Source: Vulcanimicrobiota bacterium
GTDB taxonomy: Bacteria; Vulcanimicrobiota; Vulcanimicrobiia; Vulcanimicrobiales; Vulcanimicrobiaceae
Direction of reading: 5' to 3'
Assembly: GCA_963786105.1 (NCBI GenBank)
Contig: CAWAXX010000013.1
Span: forward strand, 1-64,000
Length of the DNA stretch: 64,000 nucleotides
Part shown: positions 41,138 through 51,508 of the stretch, piece after piece
Numbering within the stretch: position 1 is the first letter of the stretch
Layout: every line of letters starts with the position of its first letter
Program-made: the position numbers and the translations under genes
Notes under the pieces: model-generated
Seen by the model: only the letters and a program-made list of their open reading frames with translations
Database searches by the model: none
What the model was told of the DNA's origin: nothing

Positions 41138-41798
41138 CCACTTCGCCGAGTCGATCGAGGAGTATCTCGAAGCCGTCTATCGCCTCGAGCACGAGGGCCC
41201 AGGCGTCACGACGTCGGGACTCGCTTCGGCATTAGGCGTCGCACCGGCGTCCGTCTCCGGCATGCTCAAGAAACTCGACAAGGAGGGGTACGTCGAGTAC
41301 GTGGCGCGCGGCGAGGTCAAGCTCACGCGCAAAGGTTTGGAAGTCGGCGTTCGCGTGTTGCGGCGGCATCGTCTCGCCGAGCGCTTGCTGACCGACGTGC
41401 TCGGAATGCCTTGGGACGAAGTCCACGCCGAAGCGTGTATGCTCGAGCATGCGATTTCGCAGCGAGTCGAGGACCGGCTCGTTGCGCTGCTCGGAGATCC
41501 GCAAACCTGTCCGCACGGCCATCCGGTGCCGCCTCGCGATTTGAGCGAGCCCGCGCGCACCGGCGTTCCGCTCGCGCAAGTTGATGAAGGACGCCGCGCA
41601 GTGGTCAGCGGCGTTACCGACGAGGTTCCGGAGATCCTGCGTTATCTCGGCGAGGTCGGACTGCGTCCCGGCGCGCCTGTTCGGATCGTCGAGAAGGCAC
41701 CGTTGGGCGGCCCGGTCACCATCGAAATCGGTAACGAACGCCACGCGATTTCGCTCGAGCTCGCTCGCATGATCATGGTCGCGAACGACGGCACGTAA
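41124..41798 (+). CDS. DtxR/MntR-family metal-dependent repressor with FeoA domain
   Basis: EEYLEAVY, RRHRLAERLL, EACMLEH, CPHGHPVP. Confidence 0.92.
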   Translation: MSGHSHFAESIEEYLEAVYRLEHEGPGVTTSGLASALGVAPASVSGMLKKLDKEGYVEYVARGEVKLTRKGLEVGVRVLRRHRLAERLLTDVLGMPWDEVHAEACMLEHAISQRVEDRLVALLGDPQTCPHGHPVPPRDLSEPARTGVPLAQVDEGRRAVVSGVTDEVPEILRYLGEVGLRPGAPVRIVEKAPLGGPVTIEIGNERHAISLELARMIMVANDGT

Positions 41799-41804
41799 CC
41801 GCAC

Positions 41805-42464
41805 ATGATGACGCGCTTTCTGATCGTGCTCAACGCGATCGGGTTCTTATGGGAAATCAGAGTCGGTGGGCCGGGAATTCTGTCGTTTTCGGGAGGCGGC
41901 AACATGGAGCGCGTCCTTCAGGAAGGCTCGCTCTATCCGGCCGCCGTCCTTCAGGATGGTCAGTGGTGGCGCATCATCACCAGCGCATTCCTCCACGGCG
42001 GTCTGATCCACATCGCCGTGAACATGGCGTCGTTATGGTTTCTCGGTCGCTTCATCGAGTATGCCGTCGGGCCGTGGCGCATGTTGTTCATCTATATCGT
42101 GTCGCTGGTTGCGGCGGGATTGGGCGTCGTCTACTTTAGCGCGCCGCTGGTCCCGACGGTCGGCGCGAGCGGCGCGATTTTCGGACTCTTCGGCGCCCTT
42201 TTTGCCATCGGTCTGAAACTCGGCAAGCCCGGCATGGATCTCGTGCGGGCAAATCTCGGCATCCTGGTTCTCAACCTCGTGATCACCTTCACCGTTCCGG
42301 CGATCTCCTGGCAGGCCCACATTTCGGGCTTGCTCGCGGGATTCGTGTTGACGTTTGCGATCTACGCGCCGCCACGACGACTTCAGCCGGTCGTCGTCGA
42401 CGCAAGCACGGGCACGACCCTCGAAACCGAGTACGAAGCGCCTCGCGACCCGCATCAAATATAG
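41805..42464 (+). CDS. Rhomboid intramembrane serine protease
   Basis: WWRIITSAFLH, HIAVNM, GASGAIFG, AHISG. Confidence 0.93.
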   Translation: MMTRFLIVLNAIGFLWEIRVGGPGILSFSGGGNMERVLQEGSLYPAAVLQDGQWWRIITSAFLHGGLIHIAVNMASLWFLGRFIEYAVGPWRMLFIYIVSLVAAGLGVVYFSAPLVPTVGASGAIFGLFGALFAIGLKLGKPGMDLVRANLGILVLNLVITFTVPAISWQAHISGLLAGFVLTFAIYAPPRRLQPVVVDASTGTTLETEYEAPRDPHQI

Positions 42465-42471
42465 CTTAGAA

Positions 42472-44403
42472 ATGAACCAGGCCGCCGTCACGATCGAGCA
42501 GGTCTTCGCCGCCGATGGGCCGCTGAACCGCGCGCTGCCGGGTTTCGAGGCGCGGCCGGGTCAACTGCAGATGGCGCACCTCGTGGAACGGGGAATTCTC
42601 GAAGGCGTGCACACGATCGTCGAAGCCGGAACCGGCGTCGGCAAGTCGCTGGCGTATCTGGTTCCCGCCATTCGAAGCGGTAAAAAAGTCGTGCTCTCCA
42701 CCGGTACGATTGCGTTGCAGGAGCAACTCGTGCGCAAGGACATTCCGCTGGTGCAACGAGCGCTCGGCATCCCGGTACGCGTCACGCTGCTCAAGGGGCG
42801 CGGCCATTACCTTTGCAAGCAAAAGTTCGAGCGGGTGCGGGCGGATCGTTTGGTGGCATCTTCGCGTACCATGCAGCAGCTCTGGACGTGGGGGGCGCGA
42901 ACCCGGACCGGCGACCGCGCCGAGTTGCCGTTCGTACCCGGGTCCGACGAATGGGAACAGCTCGACGCCGACGCCGACGATTGCGTCGGCGAGTTTTGCG
43001 AGCACTTTCACGACTGCTTCTACTTCAAGAAGCGCGACGAAGCGAAGTATTCCGACCTGATAGTGGTCAATCACGCGTTGTTTTTCCTCGACCTCGCGGT
43101 CGGCGGCGGTTTACTGCCCCCCTACGACGTCGCCGTTCTCGACGAAGCTCACCAATGCGAGCGCTGGGCGACCGACGCGCTGACGTCCACCCTCTCGCGC
43201 GCGACGCTCGGCCGGATGATGCGAAAGTTTCGTCGAGTTTACGAGCTTCCGCCGGCGTTCGATACGCGGCTCGACGAAGGCGTTCGCGCGCTGGAATCCG
43301 CCTTGGCCTGCGTACCGGGCGACCGCTACCCGCTGGCGGCTAACGAGGCGGCATGGCCGGCGCTCGAAGACCTTCGCGACGCGTTGTATCAACTCGAGAA
43401 CTGGCTTTTCGCAAACTGGCATAGCGCGCTGAAGAACCGCCCCGAGAACGACGCCGAAGCGGAGCGTCGCCGCGATCTGACCATGCGCAGCCTCACCGCC
43501 CATTCGGCGACCATCGATCGCGCCGAGGCCGCGTCCGACCATGCCATCGCGTGGATCGAACGAGGCGAAGGCGACGGGCGCTACAGCTTGCATTGCGCGC
43601 CGCACGACGTAGCCGACTTCTTGCGCGCGACGCTGTTCGCGCACACGCAGAGCGTCGTACTGACGAGCGCAACCATCGCGCCGTTTGCCTTTCTCCGCCG
43701 CTCGTTGGGCCTGGACGACGCGGAAGAATTGGTCGCCCCGTCGCCTTTCGATTTCGACCGGCAGGCGCGACTGTTCGTGGCACCTCCGAAGCTAAACCCG
43801 AAGTCGCCGGACTTCGCCCGGCACGCCGCACCCTTGGTCGAAGAATGTCTCGACCGGTCGCGCGGGCGCGCGTTCGTACTCTTTACGTCGTACGCGCGCT
43901 TGCGCGAAGTCTACGCGCTCTTGCGCGAGCGGCTCGCTTTTCCCGTTAGATTGCAGGGCGAGCTTCCTCGCACCCAATTGTTGGAGTGGTTTCGCCGTAC
44001 GCCCAACGCGGTGCTGTTCGCTACCGGTACGTTTTGGGAAGGAATCGACGTCGTCGGCGAAGCGCTGTCATGCGTGATCATCGACCGTCTGCCGTTTCCG
44101 ACGCCCAACGATCCCCTCGTCATGGCACGCATACGCGCGCTGGAAGCCCGCGGTTTGGACGGTTTCGAGCACTATATGATCCCGGCCGCGACGGTGCGCT
44201 TGAAACAAGGCTTCGGGCGATTGATACGCAGCACGACCGACCGCGGCGTCGTCGCGCTGCTCGACGGGCGTGCCGCGTCCACGCGGTACGGAGCGACGAT
44301 TTTGGGTGCGCTGCCGCCCGCCCGGCGCATCGACCACCTCGACGAGCTCGGGGAGTTTTTCATCGCCGCAGCACGCGACGACGATCCCTCACTCGGCCGT
44401 TAG
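42472..44403 (+). CDS. dinG: DinG/YoaA-family Fe-S ATP-dependent DNA helicase
   Basis: EAGTGVGKS, four Fe-S Cys, LDEAH, TSAT, FWEGIDV, QGFGRLIR. Confidence 0.9.
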   Translation: MNQAAVTIEQVFAADGPLNRALPGFEARPGQLQMAHLVERGILEGVHTIVEAGTGVGKSLAYLVPAIRSGKKVVLSTGTIALQEQLVRKDIPLVQRALGIPVRVTLLKGRGHYLCKQKFERVRADRLVASSRTMQQLWTWGARTRTGDRAELPFVPGSDEWEQLDADADDCVGEFCEHFHDCFYFKKRDEAKYSDLIVVNHALFFLDLAVGGGLLPPYDVAVLDEAHQCERWATDALTSTLSRATLGRMMRKFRRVYELPPAFDTRLDEGVRALESALACVPGDRYPLAANEAAWPALEDLRDALYQLENWLFANWHSALKNRPENDAEAERRRDLTMRSLTAHSATIDRAEAASDHAIAWIERGEGDGRYSLHCAPHDVADFLRATLFAHTQSVVLTSATIAPFAFLRRSLGLDDAEELVAPSPFDFDRQARLFVAPPKLNPKSPDFARHAAPLVEECLDRSRGRAFVLFTSYARLREVYALLRERLAFPVRLQGELPRTQLLEWFRRTPNAVLFATGTFWEGIDVVGEALSCVIIDRLPFPTPNDPLVMARIRALEARGLDGFEHYMIPAATVRLKQGFGRLIRSTTDRGVVALLDGRAASTRYGATILGALPPARRIDHLDELGEFFIAAARDDDPSLGR

Positions 44404-46350
44404 CGATTCAGCCTTGGCGCGCTCCTGAAGCTCGTGCACGATCGACGAATCCGCGAGGGTCGTCGTGTCGCCCAACGTGCGCCCTTCGGCGATGTCGCGC
44501 AGGAGGCGCCGCATAATCTTGCCGCTTCGAGTTTTCGGAAGCTCTTGCGTGAACGTGACGTACTTGGGTTTCGTAAATTTCCCAAGCTTTTCGGCGACGT
44601 GCTCGCGCAGTTCGTCGGCTAACTCGTCCGAGCCGGGATCGCCCCCACGCAGCGTCACGAACGCGTAGATCGCCTGCCCCGTTACCTCGTCGAGCTTCCC
44701 GCACACGGCCGCTTCGGCTACCCTTAGGTGATCGACCAGCGCGCTCTCGACTTCGGTGGTCGAAATCCGGTGGCCGCTGACGTTCATGACGTCGTCGATG
44801 CGTCCCATGAACCAGAAGTTGCCGTGGGCGTCGCGCCGGCAACCGTCGCCGGCCAAGTAAACGTGCGGGAACCTCGACCAATAGGTTTGCCGGTAGCGGT
44901 CGTCGTCGCCCCAGATGCCGCGCAACATTCCGGGCCACGGGCGCGTGAGCACGACGTAGCCGCCGCCGCCCAACGGAACCGACCGACCGCCTTCGTCGAC
45001 GATGTCGGCGAAAATGCCCGGGATGGCGTGCGTCGCACTGCCGGGAAGCAGCGTGGTGATGCCCGGAAGCGGAGCGATCATGATGCCGCCGGTCTCCGTT
45101 TGCCACCACGTGTCCACGACTGGTATGCGATTTCCGCCGATCCATTGCCGGTACCACATCCACGCCTCGGGGTTGATCGGCTCGCCGACGGTCCCCAAGA
45201 GTCGCAGCGTCGACAAATCGTGCTTGGCCGGATACTCGACGCCCCACTTCATGAACGTGCGAATCGCCGTCGGCGCGGTATACAAGATCGTGACTTTGTA
45301 GCGCTCGACGATATCCCAGAAACGGTCCTTGTCGGGGAAATCCGGCGTGCCTTCGTAGATGACGCTGGTCGCGCCGTTGGCCAGCGGACCGTAAACGACG
45401 TACGAGTGGCCGGTCACCCAGCCGATGTCGGCGGTGCACCAGAACACGTCGCGATCGGGCTTCAAATCGAAGACGAGTTCGTGCGTCATCGCCGCTTGCG
45501 TCAGGTAACCGGCGGTCGTGTGCTTGATGCCTTTCGGCTTTGCTGTGGTCCCGCTGGTATAGAGGAGGAACAACAAGTCTTCGGCGTTCATCGGCTCGGG
45601 CTTGCAGGTCGCCGGTTGGCCGGCGACGATCTCGCTCCAGCGGTAATCGCGCCCTTCGTGCATGAAGACGTCGTCCTCGATACGTCCGGCGACGATGCAG
45701 TGCCGAATTGACGGCGTCCGTTCCATAGCGATGTCGCAGTTGCGCTTGAGCGGAACCTTGTGGCCTCGTCGCCATCCCCAGTCGCACGTAACGAGCGCGA
45801 TGCAATCGGCGTCGGTCACGCGATCGACGATCGATTCGGGCGAGAAACCGCCGAAGATGACGGAGTGCGCGGCACCTATGCGCGCGCACGCAAGCATGGC
45901 GATTGGAAGTTCCGGAATCATCGGCATATAAATCGCCACCCGGTCACCTTTGCGAATGCCGAGCTGACGCAAACCATTGGCAAAACGGCATACGTCGTCG
46001 AGTAGCTGTCGATACGTGATGGTGCGGCGGTCGCCCGGCTCGCCTTCGAAGTAATACGCGATTTTATCGCCGTTGCCGGCCCGCACGTGACGGTCCAAGC
46101 AGTTCACCGAAGCGTTGAGTTGCCCGTCGCCGAACCAGGAGGCAAACGGTTCGTTCCATTGCAGCGTCGTTGAGAAGGGCTTCATCCACTCGAGTTTTCG
46201 CGCCCACGACGCCCAGAATTCCAAGTAGTCCTTTTCGGCTCGTTCGTAAATTCCGGGTCGCGCGTTTGCTTGACTGGCGAAGTCGGCTGGCGGCGCAAAG
46301 GTGCGCGTCTCGTCGGAAAACGTTTCGATAGCGTTGGAATTGCTGCTCAT
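44389..46350 (-). CDS. acs: Acetyl-CoA synthetase
   Basis: YTSGTTAKPKG, DTWWQTETG, LPKTRSGKIMRR. Confidence 0.96.
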   Translation of the reverse strand: MSSNSNAIETFSDETRTFAPPADFASQANARPGIYERAEKDYLEFWASWARKLEWMKPFSTTLQWNEPFASWFGDGQLNASVNCLDRHVRAGNGDKIAYYFEGEPGDRRTITYRQLLDDVCRFANGLRQLGIRKGDRVAIYMPMIPELPIAMLACARIGAAHSVIFGGFSPESIVDRVTDADCIALVTCDWGWRRGHKVPLKRNCDIAMERTPSIRHCIVAGRIEDDVFMHEGRDYRWSEIVAGQPATCKPEPMNAEDLLFLLYTSGTTAKPKGIKHTTAGYLTQAAMTHELVFDLKPDRDVFWCTADIGWVTGHSYVVYGPLANGATSVIYEGTPDFPDKDRFWDIVERYKVTILYTAPTAIRTFMKWGVEYPAKHDLSTLRLLGTVGEPINPEAWMWYRQWIGGNRIPVVDTWWQTETGGIMIAPLPGITTLLPGSATHAIPGIFADIVDEGGRSVPLGGGGYVVLTRPWPGMLRGIWGDDDRYRQTYWSRFPHVYLAGDGCRRDAHGNFWFMGRIDDVMNVSGHRISTTEVESALVDHLRVAEAAVCGKLDEVTGQAIYAFVTLRGGDPGSDELADELREHVAEKLGKFTKPKYVTFTQELPKTRSGKIMRRLLRDIAEGRTLGDTTTLADSSIVHELQERAKAESLTAE

Positions 46351-46399
46351 GTGCTTTCGTTAACGAGGCTGGGCGGTCGCGCCTGCCGAAACATCGTGC

Positions 46400-46936
46400 G
46401 TGATCAGCTGGAGCTCGCTCGTGCTCGCGGTGTTGACGGCGACAACCGGCACCGGCCTCGCGGGCATCCGGTACAACGCACCACCGCCCGACTTCGCGAT
46501 TCCATCGCCGCAGGGCACCCGCTATCTGTCCGATTTACGTGGGCGTGTGGTCGTCATCGACTTTTGGGCGAGCTGGTGCCAGGTGTGTACCGACGAGATG
46601 AAGGACTTCGTGCGGGCGCAGCAGTCGTTCGGTGACCGCCTCGCGGTGCTCACCGTCTCACCGGACTCGCACGACGTTGCCGCAACCTACTTTCGGTTTT
46701 CGAATATCTCTCTTCCGGTGGTCGAGGATTCCGCGGGAACCATCTCGCGCGCGTACGCCGTTTCGAAGATTCCGGTGACCGTGGTCCTGGATCCGAACGG
46801 GAACGTGTCCTACGTCTCGGTGGGTGCCCTCGACTGGAACGAGCTGCGCGGCGCGATCGAACAGGCCGAGGGCGCCCCTAGCCTTCCCCGTGGCCCGCAG
46901 AATCCTAGCACTCCTTCGCCAAGAGTGCTACAGTAG
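46400..46936 (+). CDS. TlpA-family thioredoxin-like protein
   Basis: N-terminal signal/TM; DFWASWCQVC. Confidence 0.85.
   Translation: MISWSSLVLAVLTATTGTGLAGIRYNAPPPDFAIPSPQGTRYLSDLRGRVVVIDFWASWCQVCTDEMKDFVRAQQSFGDRLAVLTVSPDSHDVAATYFRFSNISLPVVEDSAGTISRAYAVSKIPVTVVLDPNGNVSYVSVGALDWNELRGAIEQAEGAPSLPRGPQNPSTPSPRVLQ
46905..46931 (+). promoter_or_regulatory. CIRCE element (HrcA operator)
   Basis: cTAGCACTC-N9-GAGTGCTAc versus consensus TTAGCACTC-N9-GAGTGCTAA, immediately upstream of hrcA. Confidence 0.92.
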
Positions 46937-46942
46937 GAGGCT

Positions 46943-47992
46943 ATGAGGGAAGAGCAGGGAGGGCTCGACAAGCGCAAGGCTTACATCCTGGCGACCGTCG
47001 TCTACGAATATATTGCCACCGCCGAGCCGGTGGGGTCGCAGACCCTGACCCAAAAATACCACCTGGGAGTGAGCTCCGCGACCGTTCGGAACGAAATGGC
47101 CGAGCTCGAAGCGGGCGGTTACTTGGTTCAGCCGCACACCTCGGCTGGCCGAATCCCGTCGGATGCCGGCTATCGAACCTACGTCGACCAGCTGATGGAA
47201 CCGGAGGAACTGGCCCCGGACGACCGGCGCCGGATTCGCGAGGACCTGCGCGACGCGAGCCGGCAGCTCGACGATATCATCGAGAGCACCACGCGCCTGC
47301 TCGGGCGGCTTTCCAATAACCTCGCTTTCGTGACCAAGCCGCACCAGGAGGCCCAGACCTTCAAGCACGTTCAATTGATTTGGCTCACGCCGCGCACGGG
47401 CGTCGCGATCATCGTGACGTCGCTCGGCGTCGCCGCTCAAAGCTTGTTCGAGCTTACCGCCGACATGCGAGCCGACGATCTCACCCGCTTGTCGAACGCG
47501 CTCAACGCGCGCTTTGCGAATCGTCCGTTGCGCGACGTTACCGAAGCCGAGGTCGTTCGCATCGCCGAAGAGATCGGCGCGCACGAGGATTTGCGCGGCG
47601 CCGTAAAGACGGCCCTTCAATCGGCACGCTCGGACGAACAACCGACCATCGCGTCGGCCGGTGCTCAAAATCTGCTCGACCAGCCCGAATTTCAGGATCT
47701 GCGGAAGCTGCGCTCGATCCTTCGAATCGTCGAGGAGCAAAAGACGCTCTACGAAATCGTCGCCGACGCCATGAGCGCCGAAGTCCCGAGCGTCAAAATC
47801 GGACACGAACTCGGCAGCGAGGAACTCGCCGACCTGTCGGTGGTGACGGTTCCGTATCGCTTCGGTCAGCACGCCCTCGGTATGCTGTCCATCCTTGGAC
47901 CACGCCGGATGCCGTACGGGCGCCTTGTTGCGTTGGCTTCCGGCACCGCGCAGAGTCTCAGCGAACGTCTCTCCGACGTCGAGCACTATTAG
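46943..47992 (+). CDS. hrcA: Heat-inducible transcription repressor HrcA
   Basis: YIATAEPVGS, SSATVRNEMAELE, PHTSAGRIPSD, LGPRRMPY. Confidence 0.96.
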   Translation: MREEQGGLDKRKAYILATVVYEYIATAEPVGSQTLTQKYHLGVSSATVRNEMAELEAGGYLVQPHTSAGRIPSDAGYRTYVDQLMEPEELAPDDRRRIREDLRDASRQLDDIIESTTRLLGRLSNNLAFVTKPHQEAQTFKHVQLIWLTPRTGVAIIVTSLGVAAQSLFELTADMRADDLTRLSNALNARFANRPLRDVTEAEVVRIAEEIGAHEDLRGAVKTALQSARSDEQPTIASAGAQNLLDQPEFQDLRKLRSILRIVEEQKTLYEIVADAMSAEVPSVKIGHELGSEELADLSVVTVPYRFGQHALGMLSILGPRRMPYGRLVALASGTAQSLSERLSDVEHY

Positions 47993-48001
47993 CAAGCATT
48001 G

Positions 48002-49117
48002 ATGTCCACGACGGACTACTACGAGATCCTCGGAGTCGGACGCGACGCAACCGGGGACGAGATTAAGCAAGCGTACCGGCGTCTCGCACGTAAGCATCAC
48101 CCCGACGTTTCCGACGACAAGTCGGAAGCGGAGTTGCGTTTTAAGAAGATCAACGAGGCCTACGAAGTCCTTTCGGATCCGGCCAAGCGCGCACAATACG
48201 ACCGTTTCGGGGTCGTGACCAACGGCGCCACGCAAGGCGGCTTTGGTTTCGAAGGAGGATCGTTCGGTGACATCTTCGACATGTTCTTCGGCAACGTTCG
48301 CGGCGCCGCACAGACGCGCCGCGCCGGTCCGCAACGCGGCTCGGATCTGCGCTACGATCAAGAAATTACGCTAGAAGAAGCGTTCGCCGGGACGACCAAA
48401 GAGATCGAGTTTGCGCACCTCGCGCAGTGCGACGTCTGTCGCGGGTCGGGCGCGCGTCCAGGGACGCTGGTAACCGCGTGCGCGACCTGTCACGGAAGCG
48501 GCGTCGTGCGCGGCGTACGACAAACGCCGCTCGGCCAAATGGTAACTCAGTCGGCGTGCGCGCGCTGCGGCGGCGAAGGACACGTCATCGAACATCCCTG
48601 TGAAGCGTGTCGCGGTCACGGACGCCGTGAAACGGAACGGCGCTTGACGGTCAAGGTTCCGGCCGGCATCGACGACGGTTCGCGAATTCGTATAGGAGGA
48701 AGTGGCGAAGCGGGAACGCGCGGCGGACCTCCAGGCGACCTCTACGTGTATTTTAGCGTCGCGCCGCACTCGTATTTCAAACGCGACGGACTCGACACGT
48801 ACGCCGACGTACCGGTAAGTTTTCCGCAGGCGGCATTGGGCGGCCCAATCGCCGTGCGGTCGCTGGACGGTGACGTGGAGCTGAATTTGACCGCAGGCAC
48901 GCAATCGGGAACCGTCTTGCGCTTGCGTGGCCGTGGGATGCCGAGCGTACGCGGGGCGCACCGCGGCGACCATCACGTCACCATTCATGTGTTGGTCCCG
49001 ACGAAGCTGAACCGGCACCAGCGCGAGTTGCTCGAAGAGTACGCGCGCGCCGGGGGCGACGCCGTCGAGGAGCGTTCGTTCTTCGAACGCGTCAAGGACG
49101 CGTTCCGGCCGGAATAA
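48002..49117 (+). CDS. dnaJ: Molecular chaperone DnaJ
   Basis: J-domain HPD, G/F region, four CxxCxGxG repeats. Confidence 0.96.
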   Translation: MSTTDYYEILGVGRDATGDEIKQAYRRLARKHHPDVSDDKSEAELRFKKINEAYEVLSDPAKRAQYDRFGVVTNGATQGGFGFEGGSFGDIFDMFFGNVRGAAQTRRAGPQRGSDLRYDQEITLEEAFAGTTKEIEFAHLAQCDVCRGSGARPGTLVTACATCHGSGVVRGVRQTPLGQMVTQSACARCGGEGHVIEHPCEACRGHGRRETERRLTVKVPAGIDDGSRIRIGGSGEAGTRGGPPGDLYVYFSVAPHSYFKRDGLDTYADVPVSFPQAALGGPIAVRSLDGDVELNLTAGTQSGTVLRLRGRGMPSVRGAHRGDHHVTIHVLVPTKLNRHQRELLEEYARAGGDAVEERSFFERVKDAFRPE

Positions 49118-49132
49118 ACCGGCAGGCGTAGA

Positions 49133-49912
49133 GTGTCCGCGCGGCGTTTCTTCGTGGAAGGGGTGTGCGAAACGGGAGCGAGTGTGGAGATCGCAGGAAG
49201 CGACGCACGAAAAATCGTGCGCGTCCTGCGTTTGGTCGACGGCGATGCGATCGAAGTAATCGACTCCGCTGGAACGGTGTTTGCGGCGTCGATCGCCATT
49301 GACGGAACGCTCGTCCGCGCGACGCTCGACGCGGCGGGAACCTCGGAAGATCCGGCTAGCGGCGCAGATACCGATTCTCCGCGCTTCGATGTGGCGCAAG
49401 CGCTTCCCAAGAGCGCGAAGATGGATTTCATCGTCGAGAAGACGACCGAACTCGGCGTCGGGGCCATCCTTCCCTTTCGCTCCGAGCGGACGGTTGCGCG
49501 CGATGCCGGCGATGCGAAAGTACAACGCTGGCGCCGTTTGGCAAGAGCCGCCGCGCAGCAGTGCGGGCGGCGCAGCATCCCGCAGATCGGGGCCGTCCTG
49601 CCGTCGTTCGACGCGCTGCTCGAACGCTTCGATGACTACGGCGTGGTGCTGTTTGGGTGGGAACTCGCACCGCGCACCCTGCTGCGCGACGTTTTGCCCG
49701 ACTTGCTGGGAGGCGTACGCCGGGCGCTGATTGTGGTCGGGCCGGAGGGTGGATTCACGCACGATGAAGCCGAGGCGGCGCGCGCGCGGGGGGCCGCGCT
49801 GGTCTGGATGGGTCCGCGAATCCTGCGAACGGAAACTGCGGCGATGGCGCTGCTGGCGATCGCCGACGCGTTGACGCAGGGCCGGAACTGCAGCCAAGCG
49901 CGTCGTACGTAG
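49133..49912 (+). CDS. rsmE: 16S rRNA m3U1498 methyltransferase
   Basis: EKTTELGV, AAQQCGR, VGPEGGF, GPRILRTETA. Confidence 0.93.
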   Translation: MSARRFFVEGVCETGASVEIAGSDARKIVRVLRLVDGDAIEVIDSAGTVFAASIAIDGTLVRATLDAAGTSEDPASGADTDSPRFDVAQALPKSAKMDFIVEKTTELGVGAILPFRSERTVARDAGDAKVQRWRRLARAAAQQCGRRSIPQIGAVLPSFDALLERFDDYGVVLFGWELAPRTLLRDVLPDLLGGVRRALIVVGPEGGFTHDEAEAARARGAALVWMGPRILRTETAAMALLAIADALTQGRNCSQARRT

Positions 49913-49924
49913 GGGACTTCTGAT

Positions 49925-50659
49925 ATGGCGCTACCCTTTTCCATCGTCATTCCGACGTACAACGAGGCCGGCGGAATCGAAACGCTGCTGCGAGCCCTCG
50001 ACGGTATTTTCAAGGCCAACGCGCTCGACGGCGAAATCATCGTGGTCGACGATAATTCCCCTGACGGAACTGGCGCGATCGTCGATCGCCTCTCACAAAC
50101 GCTGCCGGTCAAATGTCTCCATCGACCGGAGAAACTTGGCTTGTCCTCGGGGGTCATCGACGGCTGGAAGGTCGCGCGGAAGGAGTCGGTCGCGCTTGGT
50201 GCCATGGACGCCGATTTCAGCCACGACATCAGCGCTTTGCCGAAAATGGTCGAGGCTCTCGAATCGGGGCGTTACGGTTTGGCCGTCGGTAGCCGCTACG
50301 TCGCCGGCGGCGGCATCGCCAATTGGCCGCGGCGGCGCATCGTCACGTCGCGCGTCGCCTGCTGGCTGGCGCGCCCGCTCACGAAAGTGAAAGACGTGAC
50401 CAGCGGTTACTTTTTGGTTCGGCGCGAAGCTCTCGATGGCGTAACGCTCGACCCGATCGGTTTCAAGATCGGTCTCGAAGTGATCGTGAAAGGCAAATAC
50501 GGCAACGTGCTCGAGGTCCCGTACGTCTTCAAGGACCGCGTCGTCGGCGAATCCAAGCTCAACCAAAAAGAAATCTGGAATTACCTGAAACAGTTACGCA
50601 AGCTCTATTCGGCGCGCCTGCTTCCCAACGGGATAGCGATCTCGAAGGAGAGACTCTAG
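49925..50659 (+). CDS. GT2 polyprenol-monophosphomannose synthase (Dpm1/Ppm1-like)
   Basis: IPTYNE, VDDNSPDGT, MDADFSH, GSRYVAGG, GESKL. Confidence 0.88.
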   Translation: MALPFSIVIPTYNEAGGIETLLRALDGIFKANALDGEIIVVDDNSPDGTGAIVDRLSQTLPVKCLHRPEKLGLSSGVIDGWKVARKESVALGAMDADFSHDISALPKMVEALESGRYGLAVGSRYVAGGGIANWPRRRIVTSRVACWLARPLTKVKDVTSGYFLVRREALDGVTLDPIGFKIGLEVIVKGKYGNVLEVPYVFKDRVVGESKLNQKEIWNYLKQLRKLYSARLLPNGIAISKERL

Positions 50660-51508
50660 GTGCCGATGCCGGAGTGGCTGCGCATTCGCCGCAGCAAAGA
50701 TTCCGAGAATCGCGAAGCCGCGTTGTGGAGCAAATGCCCGAAGTGCGGAGAAGTGCTGTATCGCCGCGATCTGCTGGCGAACGCGTACGTGTGCACGCGC
50801 TGCGGTCACCATTTTCGTATGGGCGCGTACGACCGCATCAGCACGATTATCGACGGCGATTTCACCGAAGTGGGAGCGGAGATCGTCGGCGGCGACCCGC
50901 TGGGCTGGGTCGATAAAAAGACCTACGCAGCGAAGTTGAGCGGCGATCGCGAAAAGAGCGGCTTGGCCGAAGCGGTCGTATGCGGATTCGGGCAGATCGG
51001 CGGCTTCGACGTCGGTCTGGGCGTCATGGACTTTCATTTTCGTGGCGGTACGATGGGGACGGTCGTGGGCGAGCGAATCGCTCAGCTCTTGGAAGAGTCG
51101 CGCCGTCGTCGCGTTCCGTGCATCATTTTTACGGCCTCAGGCGGAGCGCGCATGGAAGAAGGAATGCTGGCGCTCGTGCAAATGGCGAAGACGAGTGGTG
51201 CCGTAACGCGTTTCACCGACGACGGCAACGTGCTGATCACCGTTCTGACGGATCCGACGACCGGCGGCGTCGCGGCCTCGTTCGCCTTTCAAGGTGACGT
51301 CATCGTCGCCGAGTCCAAGGCGGTGATCGGCTTTGCCGGCCGGCGCGTGATCGAGCAGACGATCCGCCAGCGCCTTCCCGATCAGTTTCAAACGGCCGAG
51401 TTCTTGCTCGAGAAGGGCGCGATCGACATGGTGGTCGATCGGCGCGCGCTCAAAGAGACGCTGGTGCGCCTGCTCGAATACACGGCGGGAACGCGAACGC
51501 CTCGATGA
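50660..51508 (+). CDS. accD: Acetyl-CoA carboxylase carboxyltransferase beta subunit
   Basis: WSKCPKC..CTRC zinc finger, SGGARMEEG, DPTTGGV, IGFAGRRVIEQT. Confidence 0.95.
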   Translation: MPMPEWLRIRRSKDSENREAALWSKCPKCGEVLYRRDLLANAYVCTRCGHHFRMGAYDRISTIIDGDFTEVGAEIVGGDPLGWVDKKTYAAKLSGDREKSGLAEAVVCGFGQIGGFDVGLGVMDFHFRGGTMGTVVGERIAQLLEESRRRRVPCIIFTASGGARMEEGMLALVQMAKTSGAVTRFTDDGNVLITVLTDPTTGGVAASFAFQGDVIVAESKAVIGFAGRRVIEQTIRQRLPDQFQTAEFLLEKGAIDMVVDRRALKETLVRLLEYTAGTRTPR

